DNA of 64,000 nt from Takakia lepidozioides (taxonomy: Eukaryota; Plantae; Bryophyta): positions 27,342,001 through 27,406,000 of the forward strand of contig CM060731.1 of assembly GCA_030704615.1 (NCBI GenBank), given 5' to 3'. Position 1 is the first letter of the stretch, and each line of letters begins with the position of its first letter. Below the pieces are notes generated by a model. The model was not told where the DNA came from. It saw nothing but the letters and a program-made list of their open reading frames with translations, and searched no databases. A program made the position numbers and the translations under genes. Positions 11,897 through 23,100 of the stretch are shown here, one piece after another.

Positions 11897-12595
11897 TTGC
11901 CAGCTAGGCCAACCATTGAGCGCAGCATGGTGACTCTTGGGGTAGTCCTAGTGGACAATCAGGATGGAGTGTTTCAATTGGGTGGCCCAACCGGGAGAAG
12001 GTATAGGCCACTGCGGGTCTTGTTGGACTCAGGAGCACAACCATTGATGTTGGGGAGAGCAGGAATTGCAGAATTGGGCCTTATAGAGGCGGATTTGGAG
12101 CCTTGCTCTTTCCAAATTCAAACATCTTTGGGTGGTTCAAAGAAGGCGCGAGGGATTACACGCCATGAGCTCTTCATTCGATTGCAGCCGGATCATCCTA
12201 CGGACGGCTCAGTCATGAGAGCTAAAGCCATTGTTACGGACGCGATGTCATATGATGTGCTTGTTGGTGGGGCTGTGTTGTACCCTATGGGCTTTACTTT
12301 GGACTTTTGGGAGGAAACAGCATCCTATAGGCCAGAATGGCAGTCAGAGGATGGTCGACGTGCACTGCTCCCAATGCGGTTTATTGGGAATGTAGCGGTG
12401 GATCATAGGAACATGATGCCCACATTGGCTGCATTCTCAGGGGTGGTGGCTTGGGGTGGTGAGCTCTTGGAGGGCAATAGCCATGCAGATGATATGCCAC
12501 CACCTGATGAGGACAAGCATATAAGGCTGATTTGCTTCCTCATGTGCCTGTTCATATTCCACTGTGGGGTACAGTTAGGAATTTGCATCGAGTAG
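11897..12595 (+). pseudogene. Retropepsin-like aspartic protease
   Basis: VLLDSGAQP catalytic motif and downstream YDVLVGG. Confidence 0.8.
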
Positions 12596-12737
12596 CAGAC
12601 GAGTGTGTGCACCAAACATGGCAGGAGGCCTATCCATAAGTGAGTGAGGGGAGTTCAGTGACATCACCTAGACCTCCTCAGTTAGCTCTTTTGGACACAG
12701 TGCCCATTACTGGCAACCACCTGACTCAGGGATTTGT

Positions 12738-13700
12738 TTGCTAGACATGTTTGGAGGCATGAGCACTGGGCTTGCAGGAGTGTTGCAAGCAGGGATCAAA
12801 GTACACAAATACTTGTATGTAGAGAAGGATGAGATTGCTCGGCGTGTTTCCATGCGCCATGTTGCCTTGCTCACACATCAGTATCCTGAGTTGTTGCATC
12901 TTTCAGCAATTCAAGGGTACCAAAAGGCTTTGCCAGCAGACATTACCATGCTGGGGGTGGAGGATTTGGATCGGCATGATCCCATTGACTTGGTGATAGG
13001 AGGGTGGCCTTGCCAAGGACATTCTCCCGCAGGTCATGGTAATGGTTTGCAAGATGCACGATCGCATCTGTTTTGGGAGATGCTGCGAGTGTTGCGTGAC
13101 TTGTAGGTGAGGCAAGTGCAACCTCCAGCTTACATCCTGGAGAATGTTCCTCTCATGGAGGATTCTCAGGCCAGGGTTATGACCAATGTACATCAGATCC
13201 GGTCATGGATTGGACCAGCTGTATTGTTGGATGCAGCTGCAGTGGGTTCACGGGCACATAGGCCTAGGTTGTGGTGGACCAATCTTGCACCACCAGAGTT
13301 GCTCAAGAGAGCCTATGATTCCATTCAACGGCCACCCAATCTCACGGTTGAGGGCATTTTGGACCAAGGGAGGCAACCACAGAGGGTGCGACATGATGAT
13401 CGTCCACCTTTGGCGGTGGTCAATCTAGTGGGGCAGCCACGTGCAGCCTTGCCTATGCTCATGAGCTTTCCCTCGTCTCATGCTTTTCGAGATAATGGTC
13501 CTGGGTTGATTTGGGAGAGTGTGCTACAACAATTGGTGGAGCCCAATGCGGATGAGCGAGAGCGGGCAATGGGATTTGTCACGGGCACTACAGCTTTGCC
13601 AGCTCTGTCAGAGGCATCATGACGCCAGGTGTTGGGTCAGACAATGGATCTCAATTGCTTGACATGGGTCATTGGCTTGTGTATGGTTGAGCAACGGAGA
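12738..13700 (+). pseudogene. DNMT3-like C5 cytosine DNA methyltransferase domain (in-frame stops at 13104-13106 and 13620-13622)
   Basis: Motif I DMFGGMSTG, II VEKD, IV IDLVIGGWPCQ, VI YILENV, VIII RAHRPRLWWTN, IX ERERAMGF, X LGQTMD. Confidence 0.92.
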
Positions 13701-14196
13701 TTGCAAGCATTGGTGGCTACTTCCGCACTCCCATTGGATATTGCACCCTCTCTGCCAACCGGGACGGTGGAGGCAGTGAGTGGGGGCGAGCACAGGATCA
13801 TGGGGTGCAAACACCCATGACAGATTTGGGATGAGATGCGCAAAGAGAGAGTTATTGGATCTCTGAAGTAGCAGTATGAGGAGTGGGGAGAGCCATACAC
13901 TGAGGATCAGTTGGAGGCCAAGGTGACTAAGGTTTTTGAAGAGGTTGACGATGTTTCTTCCCCAGAAGATGTTCTCAAGGTAGCTATGGCACAGCAAGTG
14001 GAGGCTACGCCACAGTCAGGTGGGCGGACAAGGCCCAAGAGGTTGTTATCTAGCAACCAAAGGATGCGTCTCCTACCTCCAAGCCTGGTGTACCCAAGGT
14101 TGTAGTCACTGAGGACAACTGGGAACTAGATGTTGGACCTACAGTCACCGGAGGAGAGAGGCGGAAGATCCAGTGATTTCTAAGGGCTTATAGAAA

Positions 14197-14653
14197 TTGC
14201 TTTGCCTTCGATTTGATTTGGGGAGTTTGAAGGGCCAGGAGATTCGTATTGATTTGGCAAATGACACGCCAATTTTTCGAAGGCCCTACAGGTATAGTGA
14301 TATGGAGAGGTCTTTGATCCAGTCTGGATGTCACAGCAGGTCGTGTGATTCTAAGGGTCTGGGAGGGAGTGCCTTCAGGAGTGTTGATTTTGGAGGGTCG
14401 AGATGGCATGGTATGGAAGGACCATGTGCGCAATTGTGCGCCATGTCACCTTCCACATGTGGATGGGAGGATAGATCCCAACCTTGCAGTGGTAGCTGTA
14501 GGGTTGCGTTGCATGCTATGTGGGCATGCTGGTGGTGCCGCGACCATGTTGGTGTATGACAAATGCTCAAGGGGGTGGCACATGGGATGCTTAACACTGC
14601 CACTTGAGGAGGTTCCTAGTGGAAAATGGTTGTGTCCACAATGCCTTGGATAG
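14197..14653 (+). pseudogene. RT N-terminal stub joined by deletion to the post-integrase C-terminus with a PHD finger
   Basis: EIRIDLANDTPIFRRPYRYSDMERSLIQ is the Gypsy RT start; it breaks at ~14325. Then CMLC...DKCSRGWHMGCL..PLEEVPSGKWLCPQC (PHD, one Cys changed to Tyr). Confidence 0.85.
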
Positions 14654-14916
14654 AGGTAGTGGGTCATGACAGTGGTGAGGTTGACAACTGATCTAAGGTC
14701 TAGCTAACGGGAGTTCAATGCCATGGACACCCAATTGGAGCCATGGATTGCAGGAAGGCGAGTAACGATGGGGCTACTTTTGCACCCGCCCTCTTGATCT
14801 ATTGCCTTCAGATACTGAGACTTGGGCGATTGATGACCAAACGATGATCTTATTGGGATGGATACTTGTCAGCTATCCGGTGTTAGAGGGACCTAATCAC
14901 CAGCTAGGGGGGCGAT

Positions 14917-15453
14917 TGTGGTATAGCTTTCTAGGATTGTGTGCTTAGATTGTGTGGTGGACAACGATGTATGTTGTGGCACGATGCTTAGGTGCACGAC
15001 AGTTGTCATGGTTTTAGTCATGGTTATCTAGAATTACCTACTTCTAGTTAACTAGGACATTTTAGATATTTATATTTATATTTTGTGTGTTGGGACTTCA
15101 TTTGGTCTCACATGCCAAGTGAGGTGTCGAGCCTCACTTAGGACATGGGGATAGTTTTTCCCTTGTGAGGATGGAGGAGGCTCATCTTCTTGTAGTTGAG
15201 CATCCATGAGCCTCTCTCACCTCCATAGCTCTAGGTATCGAGAGGGAGTGTGGTGGGGGCTTTGTAGGGTGGATTCTCTTAGCAAGGGTGCCATTGGCTT
15301 GACTTAGTTTATGTGATTGAGTGGATTCATGAGTGGAGGGTTTCCATTATGTTTATTTTCATTATCATTGTGGTATAGCTTTCTAAGATTGTGTGCTTAG
15401 ATTGTGTGGTGGACAGCGATGTATGTTGTGGCACGATGCTTAGGTGCACGACA
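14917..15453 (+). repeat. 3' terminal repeats: B1 (14917-15001), gt, A2 (15004-15367), t, B2 (15369-15453)
   Basis: B1 follows the PPT (agggggg-cgat). B1 and B2 differ at 2 of 85 positions. A2 matches A1. Confidence 0.95.
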
Positions 15454-15843
15454 GAGAAGATGGTGGTGTTGGTGGTGGGAGATAAGATGGAGCAAAAGAA
15501 CGGGCGGTCTGATCAGGTGAACCTGTCCGCTGTCTAGAAGGAGGTGGCGAGCCAAGTGGAGAGGTAAGCTCTGTGGGAGGCCGCCGTGTACCTGAAAGAC
15601 GAATTGGGGAAGGGCCACTGGCCCTTTGATTTGGAGTTGTTGTGCCTCGCTTGGGGTTGTCGGTTGTAGAGCTGTGACCTTGGGTAGAGTGGGAGGGTGT
15701 AACACTACTCGTGGCCCCATTTCTACTGCTCCTAGAATTGTCTTGTAAGGAGGGACTGGGCCCACCACCAATATTGCCCTTGGCTGTACCATGGCTATGG
15801 AGGACGTGCCTAGTGTAAAAGGGCTGACCACCCTGGCGTCTAG

Positions 15844-16320
15844 GCCTCAGAATTTTGTGTGGCCTCGTCGTTATGAGGCTGGTCAGACGACCGTCAGGCC
15901 GTCTCATTAATATAGGAGCAAACTACCTTCATGCGTCAAGGACTTCGAATTTTTTTGGCATATGAATTTTACAACTACCTCCATGCAGGTAGTTTTAGGA
16001 TTTTCTACATGAAGGTAGTTGCAAACCAATCTGAACTACCTGCATGAGAGTAGTTGCATACCACCCCGTGGAGGTAGTTACAGCAAGCGCCATCCCCCGG
16101 AACTATGTTCAAGGAATGGAACCCGAGACCTGCATCGCCACATCGCCATCGACCTACCACCATACCACAACCTCCAAGGCGCCAATAGATTGACGTTTTT
16201 TCGATATATAAGAGAAACAGGGGAATAAGGATCCTTTTAATATAGCGGGGCCGCTGTCAGGTCCTGTCCCCTCTGCACCCTACGGCCTCATTTCCACGAG
16301 GCCACACAAAATTCTGAGGC
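15844..16320. mobile_element. MITE-like non-autonomous DNA transposon
   Basis: Perfect 25-bp inverted repeat gcctcagaattttgtgtggcctcgt (15844-15868) / acgaggccacacaaaattctgaggc (16296-16320). Internal actacc/ggtagt repeats. CTAG on both sides (15840-15843, 16326-16329). Confidence 0.7.
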
Positions 16321-17603
16321 GGCCTCTAGGGTTACCTTGTGTGGCAAAGAAGGGCCCACCATTATCACACTGAAGGCCGGTGTGTGAAGATGCGCCCCTG
16401 TTTATTGGACCATGGGTATTATTGCGTGGGCCTGTCCATTAGAACAAGGTCCAGGAATTAAAAAGGGTGGTGTATAGTAAGCTGCACAAGGATTTGAAGA
16501 AATAACCCTGTGTAAGGGGATCCAAAAAAAAGACGATTAGAAAGCAACAGATATTAAATGGAGGATGGTTCAGGTGCCAAATTGGGGTAAGCAGAGTACA
16601 GTACAGGTGTCAAGTGGTGGTATGTAGGGGTGACAAGTGTGGGGCAATCTTGTAGAAAGGTCCTCGACAGCTTGGCGATCTCGGTGGCCCTGAGAGGGTA
16701 TATAAAGGCCCTCTCTCTCCCTGCCTCTTACTAGTAACTAAGTTAGTACCTACTTTGGTGCACAAGGCCCCCAAAAAGAATAAAAGAGGCAAACATCATA
16801 GCTATATTAACTAATAGAACAGCCGAGCTGAATAAGCCCCCCGAGCCAAGTGGAAGTGATGGCCAACACATGCAGAGTTTGTTTAGCCTGTGATAGATAA
16901 CCCCACTACCTTGTGGGAGAGGTTGTCCAAGGGAGTTTTTTTGGGGGAGGTCATACATGGACAGGTGTAAAGTACACAGCAAGAAGACATAAGCAAGATG
17001 TAGAGTAAAGTTGGTGAACCACATGAACAGATATAAACCTTTTTCTTCATGAACAGAAAAGCATCACCCTCATACAGAAAGAGTGAGAAATGATGAACCT
17101 CAGCCGTTTGGTCAGAGCAAAAAAATTAGTATTAACCCACACACAGTTGCAGCTCACCACAAAATAAATTTGGATAAGGAGAGGCATCTCTTCAGATGGT
17201 CTTTGTAATGTTCCAGTCCATATCAAAGTAGCTGGCAGTCTGCCAGCCTACATGAAAGTTAGTAGCACAAATTTCAATTATCAGACATGTCCACTTCAGT
17301 GAATGAATGACAAAGCCTACCCTACGGTAGGTTTGATAGTGTACAGGAAGGCCAATGCACCCTGACCCTCAAACTCGTGCAGACAGAAGTATCGGCTTAA
17401 GCAGCTTAACGCATGTCTGAAGTTGTATAGAAGCTGTGGAGCCCTGCATCAAAAGATAAGGGATTGCCCACAATATAGTCAACCACCCCCATCTCTCTCT
17501 TTACTTCCCAGTGCATCCACACTTCACAACACACATTACAACATTCTGAACCCACCCACCATACTATACACAGTACCAGAGAGCGCGTCTGGAGGGACTA
17601 CAA

Positions 17604-20107
17604 TCAATTAGGAAAATCACCAGGCGCCACAGTGTATTTGTGTTGCACAAAAGTGGAGAGAAACCAGAAATACACACCTACAAGACCTAGAATTATAAGC
17701 ATAGCTGATGCAATCTGCGCCAGCCGACCAAATGGTAGAAGTGATTGCGGCTGCTGCACACGCTTCTCCACTGAATAACTGTTCAAGCTCCCTTTCCTGT
17801 GATTACCCAGTAGCCAACAACCACTCTTTCCCTGTAACACCAGTGCAGTCGGTCTAGTCAGATTCAGTACCTCCTGGGTTCCAGATAAAGATCCATCTCA
17901 CAAGCTCTTGATGAGCGTCTTACCATATTTTAGCCCCCTGTTCACAATTCTTTTGGCATGTGTCCCAAAATTACTTTCATAGATTTTGATCATCGACACA
18001 CAAGGGACATTCAGGGCTGAAAAACGTGATTTGTCTTGGTCTGCGTCATTACAATCAGCACACTTCTTGGTTACCAAATGAACGGAAAGCTTGTGGGGCT
18101 TTCAATTTATTTGAGGCCCATGTAGCTGCCACGTAGAGTGACAATCTTCCCGGGGAGTTCTCCTAGAAATCCAGGAAGAGCACATTTTTCATGTGTAGAA
18201 AAGCTGCCTCCCATGACAGCAGCTGAAGCACTGTTCCCACCTAAGGTATGAAGCCTCCAAACCTTGTGAGGTACCAAGACCTAGCAGGAGGGTCTATATT
18301 TCACATTAAGTCTAACTGCAATAATAGCCTCTCCTCCATTTTGCAGCACTTCTGGCTTCCAGCCATATGCACACAGGAAGACACAAACCCAGGCAAACTT
18401 GTTAGCCTCATTACACACCTAAGAACCAAGAATACCTTGAGCACGACAAAGAATGTGGGAGTAAACTTCATACCAGTTCCAAATCACCGAAAAAGTTACT
18501 TCGGAGGGAGGAGGTGACCACTGGCGGCAAACCGTCCTCACACTCTGGGAGGATAATGGCATCACCATCTTTCCATCGCTTGAATCCACTATTGGTCGAA
18601 AGAAGCTTCCGGCCATTATGTCGTTGTCCATTACAAAGCCCCCACCATTTGAAACCACTGCCAAAACTGTCAGTGTGACGAGGATTGCACAAAGAATTGT
18701 TCTCTCCCCTCTGAACCTCCATCCCACTACTCATGCTAGAGCTTCTCCGAAACCCCACATGTGGCAGCCTCTCCTCATGCACCAAGAGGATGTGATCATC
18801 ACACCCATTGATACGTGGACTACCATCATGCACCTGCGTGTCCCTGGCAAAATCCTCACTGCTTTCCCCACTCTCCACACTGGATGAACAGGCCAACCTC
18901 GTTAACTCACTAACAGCACTGGTGGTGTCAGGCAGCTTATATACGAGTTTCCCATCCTCTCCCAAAGGGTGGATGTGAGCATCACCAAGCTCATCTTGGC
19001 TGACTCGACTCCCCAACAAGAAGTCTGCGAGAAAATTGTGATCCTCCTCACACTGGCTCGCAAGTGGAGCAGAATCCAACTCATGGCTGTTGGGTGATGC
19101 CTGTTCCACTCCCTCTAGCTGGGCTCGGATGGCTTGCACAAATTGCCTATGCCGTACTGCTGCACCTTCACTTACATATGTGCCTACAGTGACAGCCTTC
19201 TCGAATTCCTCCAACTGTACCCAGTCAATCCATCCATTATATCCACTCAGCAGCATCCTTATCCTCCCCCCTCAAATCAATGTCCACAATCAATGAATGG
19301 TTCAGTCTCACTCCTAAAATTTCGCTCACATAGCCCAAGCACATCACAGCCATACTAGAACATCAGAAGTATTCAAACCCTATGACTTAGTCCTCCCAGT
19401 CACTATCCAGGAAACACTAACCAGTGATCACTGATACAAGGGTAGCCAATGAAAAGACATCTAGGGGTACCACATGCACGTAGACACAACATATATGAAG
19501 AACAGGCCGTAAGTAACTGGAACACCTAGTAGCACAGGTAACAAAGCAAGTATGAGCAAGCTCATGAATAGCAGCAGATAAGAGGAAGAAAGACCAAAGG
19601 TACCTGCCACTTGACAGTGTGTAATGCAGTGAGCAGTTCGCGCTGGCGAGCTTCATCACCGATGACTGCAACTGCATCAGTAGGTGCATCCTTTACAAGA
19701 CCCCTACTATGAACCCAATTGCGGTATGCTGACTCCAACCTGCCCAACTGCATTGTCAGCCAGACACCAGGAGGCAAAACAAAGGAACACAGGGATCCAT
19801 GAGTAGAAGAATAGCAGGCATAAAAGGCCCTGTACCATGCAACGCCAGTGTGATGATCAACACTATGAATACCGTTCAGCAAGGACGAAGAATTCTGGAT
19901 CCACAAGGGAAGCAAAAAACAAAAAAGGGTGGCTGGTACTGGAGAAGGAAAAACATTGGGAGAGCTAGCGGAGGCGGGAGTTAAGGGACCACAAAGACCG
20001 TGAAGAGAGAGAGAGAGAGAGAAACGGGACCTGTCGGCAGAGTCCTGTACATCCTCGGCAGCCGCATAGAAAGGATCCACCTCCCACAGAGCTAAATTGG
20101 TTGTCAT
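17604..20107 (-). CDS. Syntaxin-6 N-terminal domain (Syntaxin/t-SNARE family) protein, spliced; 3' exons approximate
   Basis: Exon 20107-20031 MTTNLALWEVDPFYAAAEDVQDSADR; exon 19739-19604 LESAYRNW...RELLTALHTVKWQ; exon 19214-18474 LEEFEKAV..RHRQFVQAI. A further exon at ~18200-17680 ends in a hydrophobic TM segment (AMLIILGLV). Canonical GT-AG borders. Confidence 0.85.
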
Positions 20108-23100
20108 GCCCCTGCCTCTCCCTGGACACATTCACTCTACCCTACTACCCGGCAAGGACACTTGCACTCTACCAAAGTTCCCTCTAACCTGACCCAGTAT
20201 CTTCAAAAGTCTGTCCTTAATCGGTCGCCTTCATGATCCCAAGTCTTCTACTCTAGTTGCTGTGCAAACAGGTAGCACCCACGTTCAATAAGTGCATCCG
20301 AGTAAATGTACGTGCTTTCCGTTGCAATCCCCACGCTAGCCCTACCACACGAACCTCACCACTGTAGAAGAAAGCGTAAGAATCCTAAGAATCATCCCTG
20401 AGCTCATACAGACCCACGGATGCAAGCAAGTCCTCCAGAACACGGCCAGCGCCACGCCGCACACGTACCCCACGAACCGCTCTAGCTCTCTGAAAGGCAC
20501 CCCGAGATCCAGCCACCTCTAGAACTGCTGGTGCCCGATCTGGAACGCCACAACACCTACCACAGAGGCCTTCTCCAACAATCGAATCCGTCAAACAGCC
20601 TCATAGAGACAACATCTGAAAGCAAGTGAGGCAAGGACAACGTCTCCGAGTATTCCTGCTTGGACACTGCACTGCTGTGTGCATCAGGCCAACTATCTGC
20701 TACCGCCCCGATCAAACCCCAACTGATGAAACAGCTGCGGCACTTCCTTTGGACTTTTACCCAGTCAGCCTTGACGGCGATCGGTGACCGTGGGTGATTT
20801 CACCGAGTACCACGTTAAGCCCTAAGACCGGCTTACACACCCATGGCCGGCCTCTGCAGCACGCGGCAGAATATGTATCGGACCTATAGCTACATAGCAA
20901 TGCCCTGTATGTATTCACCTGCCACTCCTTTATTGTTGCTTTTCTCTATTATTGTCACTCATGCTTCTTCTGTGGGGTCACCCTTTCCTTTCTATTCTTT
21001 AGGATGCCAGCTAGTGCCAAGTTTTTTTCCGGGCAAGACAGAAGGCCCACGTCGACAAGTTCTGGCTAAACCCTAATATATTTTAGCCAAAAGGTCTCAT
21101 TTTTTGTAGCCAAATAACTATATTGTAAATAGTTTAATTATTGAAGGGGAAAAAAAGAGTTAAATCTGAAAGGGTGCCATACGCCTCGGGGCGTCAACCA
21201 TGACCAAGATGAAAAATGAAGCTTGGGAACAATTGCATGATGGCTCTTGTTGCTCAGGGCTACTCAGATATCAGATGGCTGGTAGAAAAGATGGGTGCGA
21301 AATCTGGCAAGCCTTTCTCGACTGGGGACATTATGCTTAGTTATTTTGTGACACTGTCAAGGAATAGATCTGTGGGGGTCAGACTGGGGTTAGGTAAAAA
21401 ACTTGAAGACATTTTGTCCTCCATGAGTCAAGTAGTGGAGGGTGTTGTCACAGCAGGTGAGGTCATCGTGTTGGCTCGGAAGTATCGAGTTCAAATGCTG
21501 GTTCATTTCTTGCTTGTATTTTTGTACCGTTGTCATTGTAAAACACATTGGCTGCCAATTACCAGCCTTCCTCAACCTGTTGATCATTCTGCTTGTGAAG
21601 TAGGGCGATGGAGAGGGTTCAAAGTTTCTTTTCTTCCATAGACTTGAGTTGGCAAGAGTCTTAAAAGTGTTAAGTGCCATTTACTTTGGAAAAACATATG
21701 AACCGGGAACTAACAGTGGAAGGACCACTGGCACACCTTGGAAAATGTGTTCGGATTGCCATCCTTAGTCTTTGTATGCATTTGCATTTCCATCTATCTC
21801 CTTGGTGAAGGGAGGCCATGAACTTACAGATCTTCAATCTAGCAGGTATGTTGTGCAAAGAATGTACTCATAAGACGTGGTTTGTCGTAGCCTTGTGATC
21901 ATTGACCCCGTGCCGAGACATCTTTGCGACCTTCCTTGTCGCCGCATTCACAATAACTTTATTTTTGTAAAGGGATTCGAACCCTTATAGCTATCCATTA
22001 TAGCATACAAAATTATGGCCGAAAGGCCTTTAAAATTAACCATAAAGGTTAAATAAATTGGAGTTTTTGGAATGTAATATGATAAACAATTTGATTGAAA
22101 GATGTCGGAATAGTTTACAACGTTGGTTTGCGAGAAACCCAGAAAGAAAGTGAATAAATATATAATGGATTAAATAAATAAAATATATACTTACAAAATA
22201 TACAACCACTGAATACAAAACAAACAACAATATTCATACCCGTTTTGAAGAACTGGTCATATCTGTATCGTAGAGAAAAGAACAAAGAAAAAAACAGATG
22301 AAGAAAAAAAATTGAAAAAAAAAAAAAAAAAAAAAAGAATAGATAGAGATTGAAGAAGAACGAACAACAGAACGAAAGAAGAAAAAAATAAGGGGAAAGT
22401 TCTATTCTGCTGAAAAACTCACATAGAAGAATAAAGATCAGAAAGAAACATAAATAGAGAACCAAAGTAAAGAACAAAAACAAAAGAAAACTACTAAGAA
22501 GAACTAAGCAACAGCTCTATTTTGCCAAAGAACCGAAAGAACAAGAAAACATAAACATACAACAGAAACAAAGAAGAAACACAAACGAAGATAAAAGAGC
22601 AGGACTGAGAGACGGTTCTTTTGTATGTAAAGAACTTGCGGAAGAAAGAGAAGAAAATGATCTTTCTTCTCCATACTTATAGGGGGAAAAAAATACGGTA
22701 TAATAAAGAATGAATGAATGAAAAATTCCCTAATTGGATGAAAATAGTATGAAAAGTTGCTATTTATTAACTTTATCCAACAAACTTTTTACATAGGTAC
22801 TAACTCATGAAAGTTTATTCAAAAATAGATGTCGATGCTTTGCTGTATGAACGTTTATCGAGAACAAAATTTTGTTTTAATTTGTAATAAATGGTGACAA
22901 CCTACAAATTTTGTCGGTACATAACAATAAATAGTGCATGTGATTCATAAATGTAATGACCAAAGTTGATACATTTATTGTAGTAGTAGATTTTTTTTAT
23001 ATCCCTTAGGACTCCTTAATGCCACCGTAAGGAGTTCTATGGGCAATTATAAATAATAATCTACATATTTTTATTTTCCCCCTCTTAGGAATCGGTTTTC

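Larger units (their letters stand above)
7086..15453 (+). mobile_element. Ty3/Gypsy LTR retrotransposon with DNMT3-like methyltransferase and PHD finger; internal deletion of most of RT/RNaseH/integrase; permuted terminal repeats
   Basis: Termini TGTCATG...CACGACA with 4-bp TSD GAGA (7082-7085 and 15454-15457). Domain order is gag, Zn knuckles, protease, DNMT, RT start, PHD. PPT at 14906-14912. Confidence 0.9.

Noticed and set aside
7086-15453. DIRS/PAT/Ngaro tyrosine-recombinase element, suggested by split direct repeats
   Set aside because: It has an aspartic protease, a Gypsy-type RT start, a PPT, TG..CA ends and a 4-bp TSD. No tyrosine recombinase is seen, although the deleted region cannot be inspected.
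21216-21858. Short ORFs on both strands
   Set aside because: No family could be recognised; probably decayed TE or non-coding sequence.
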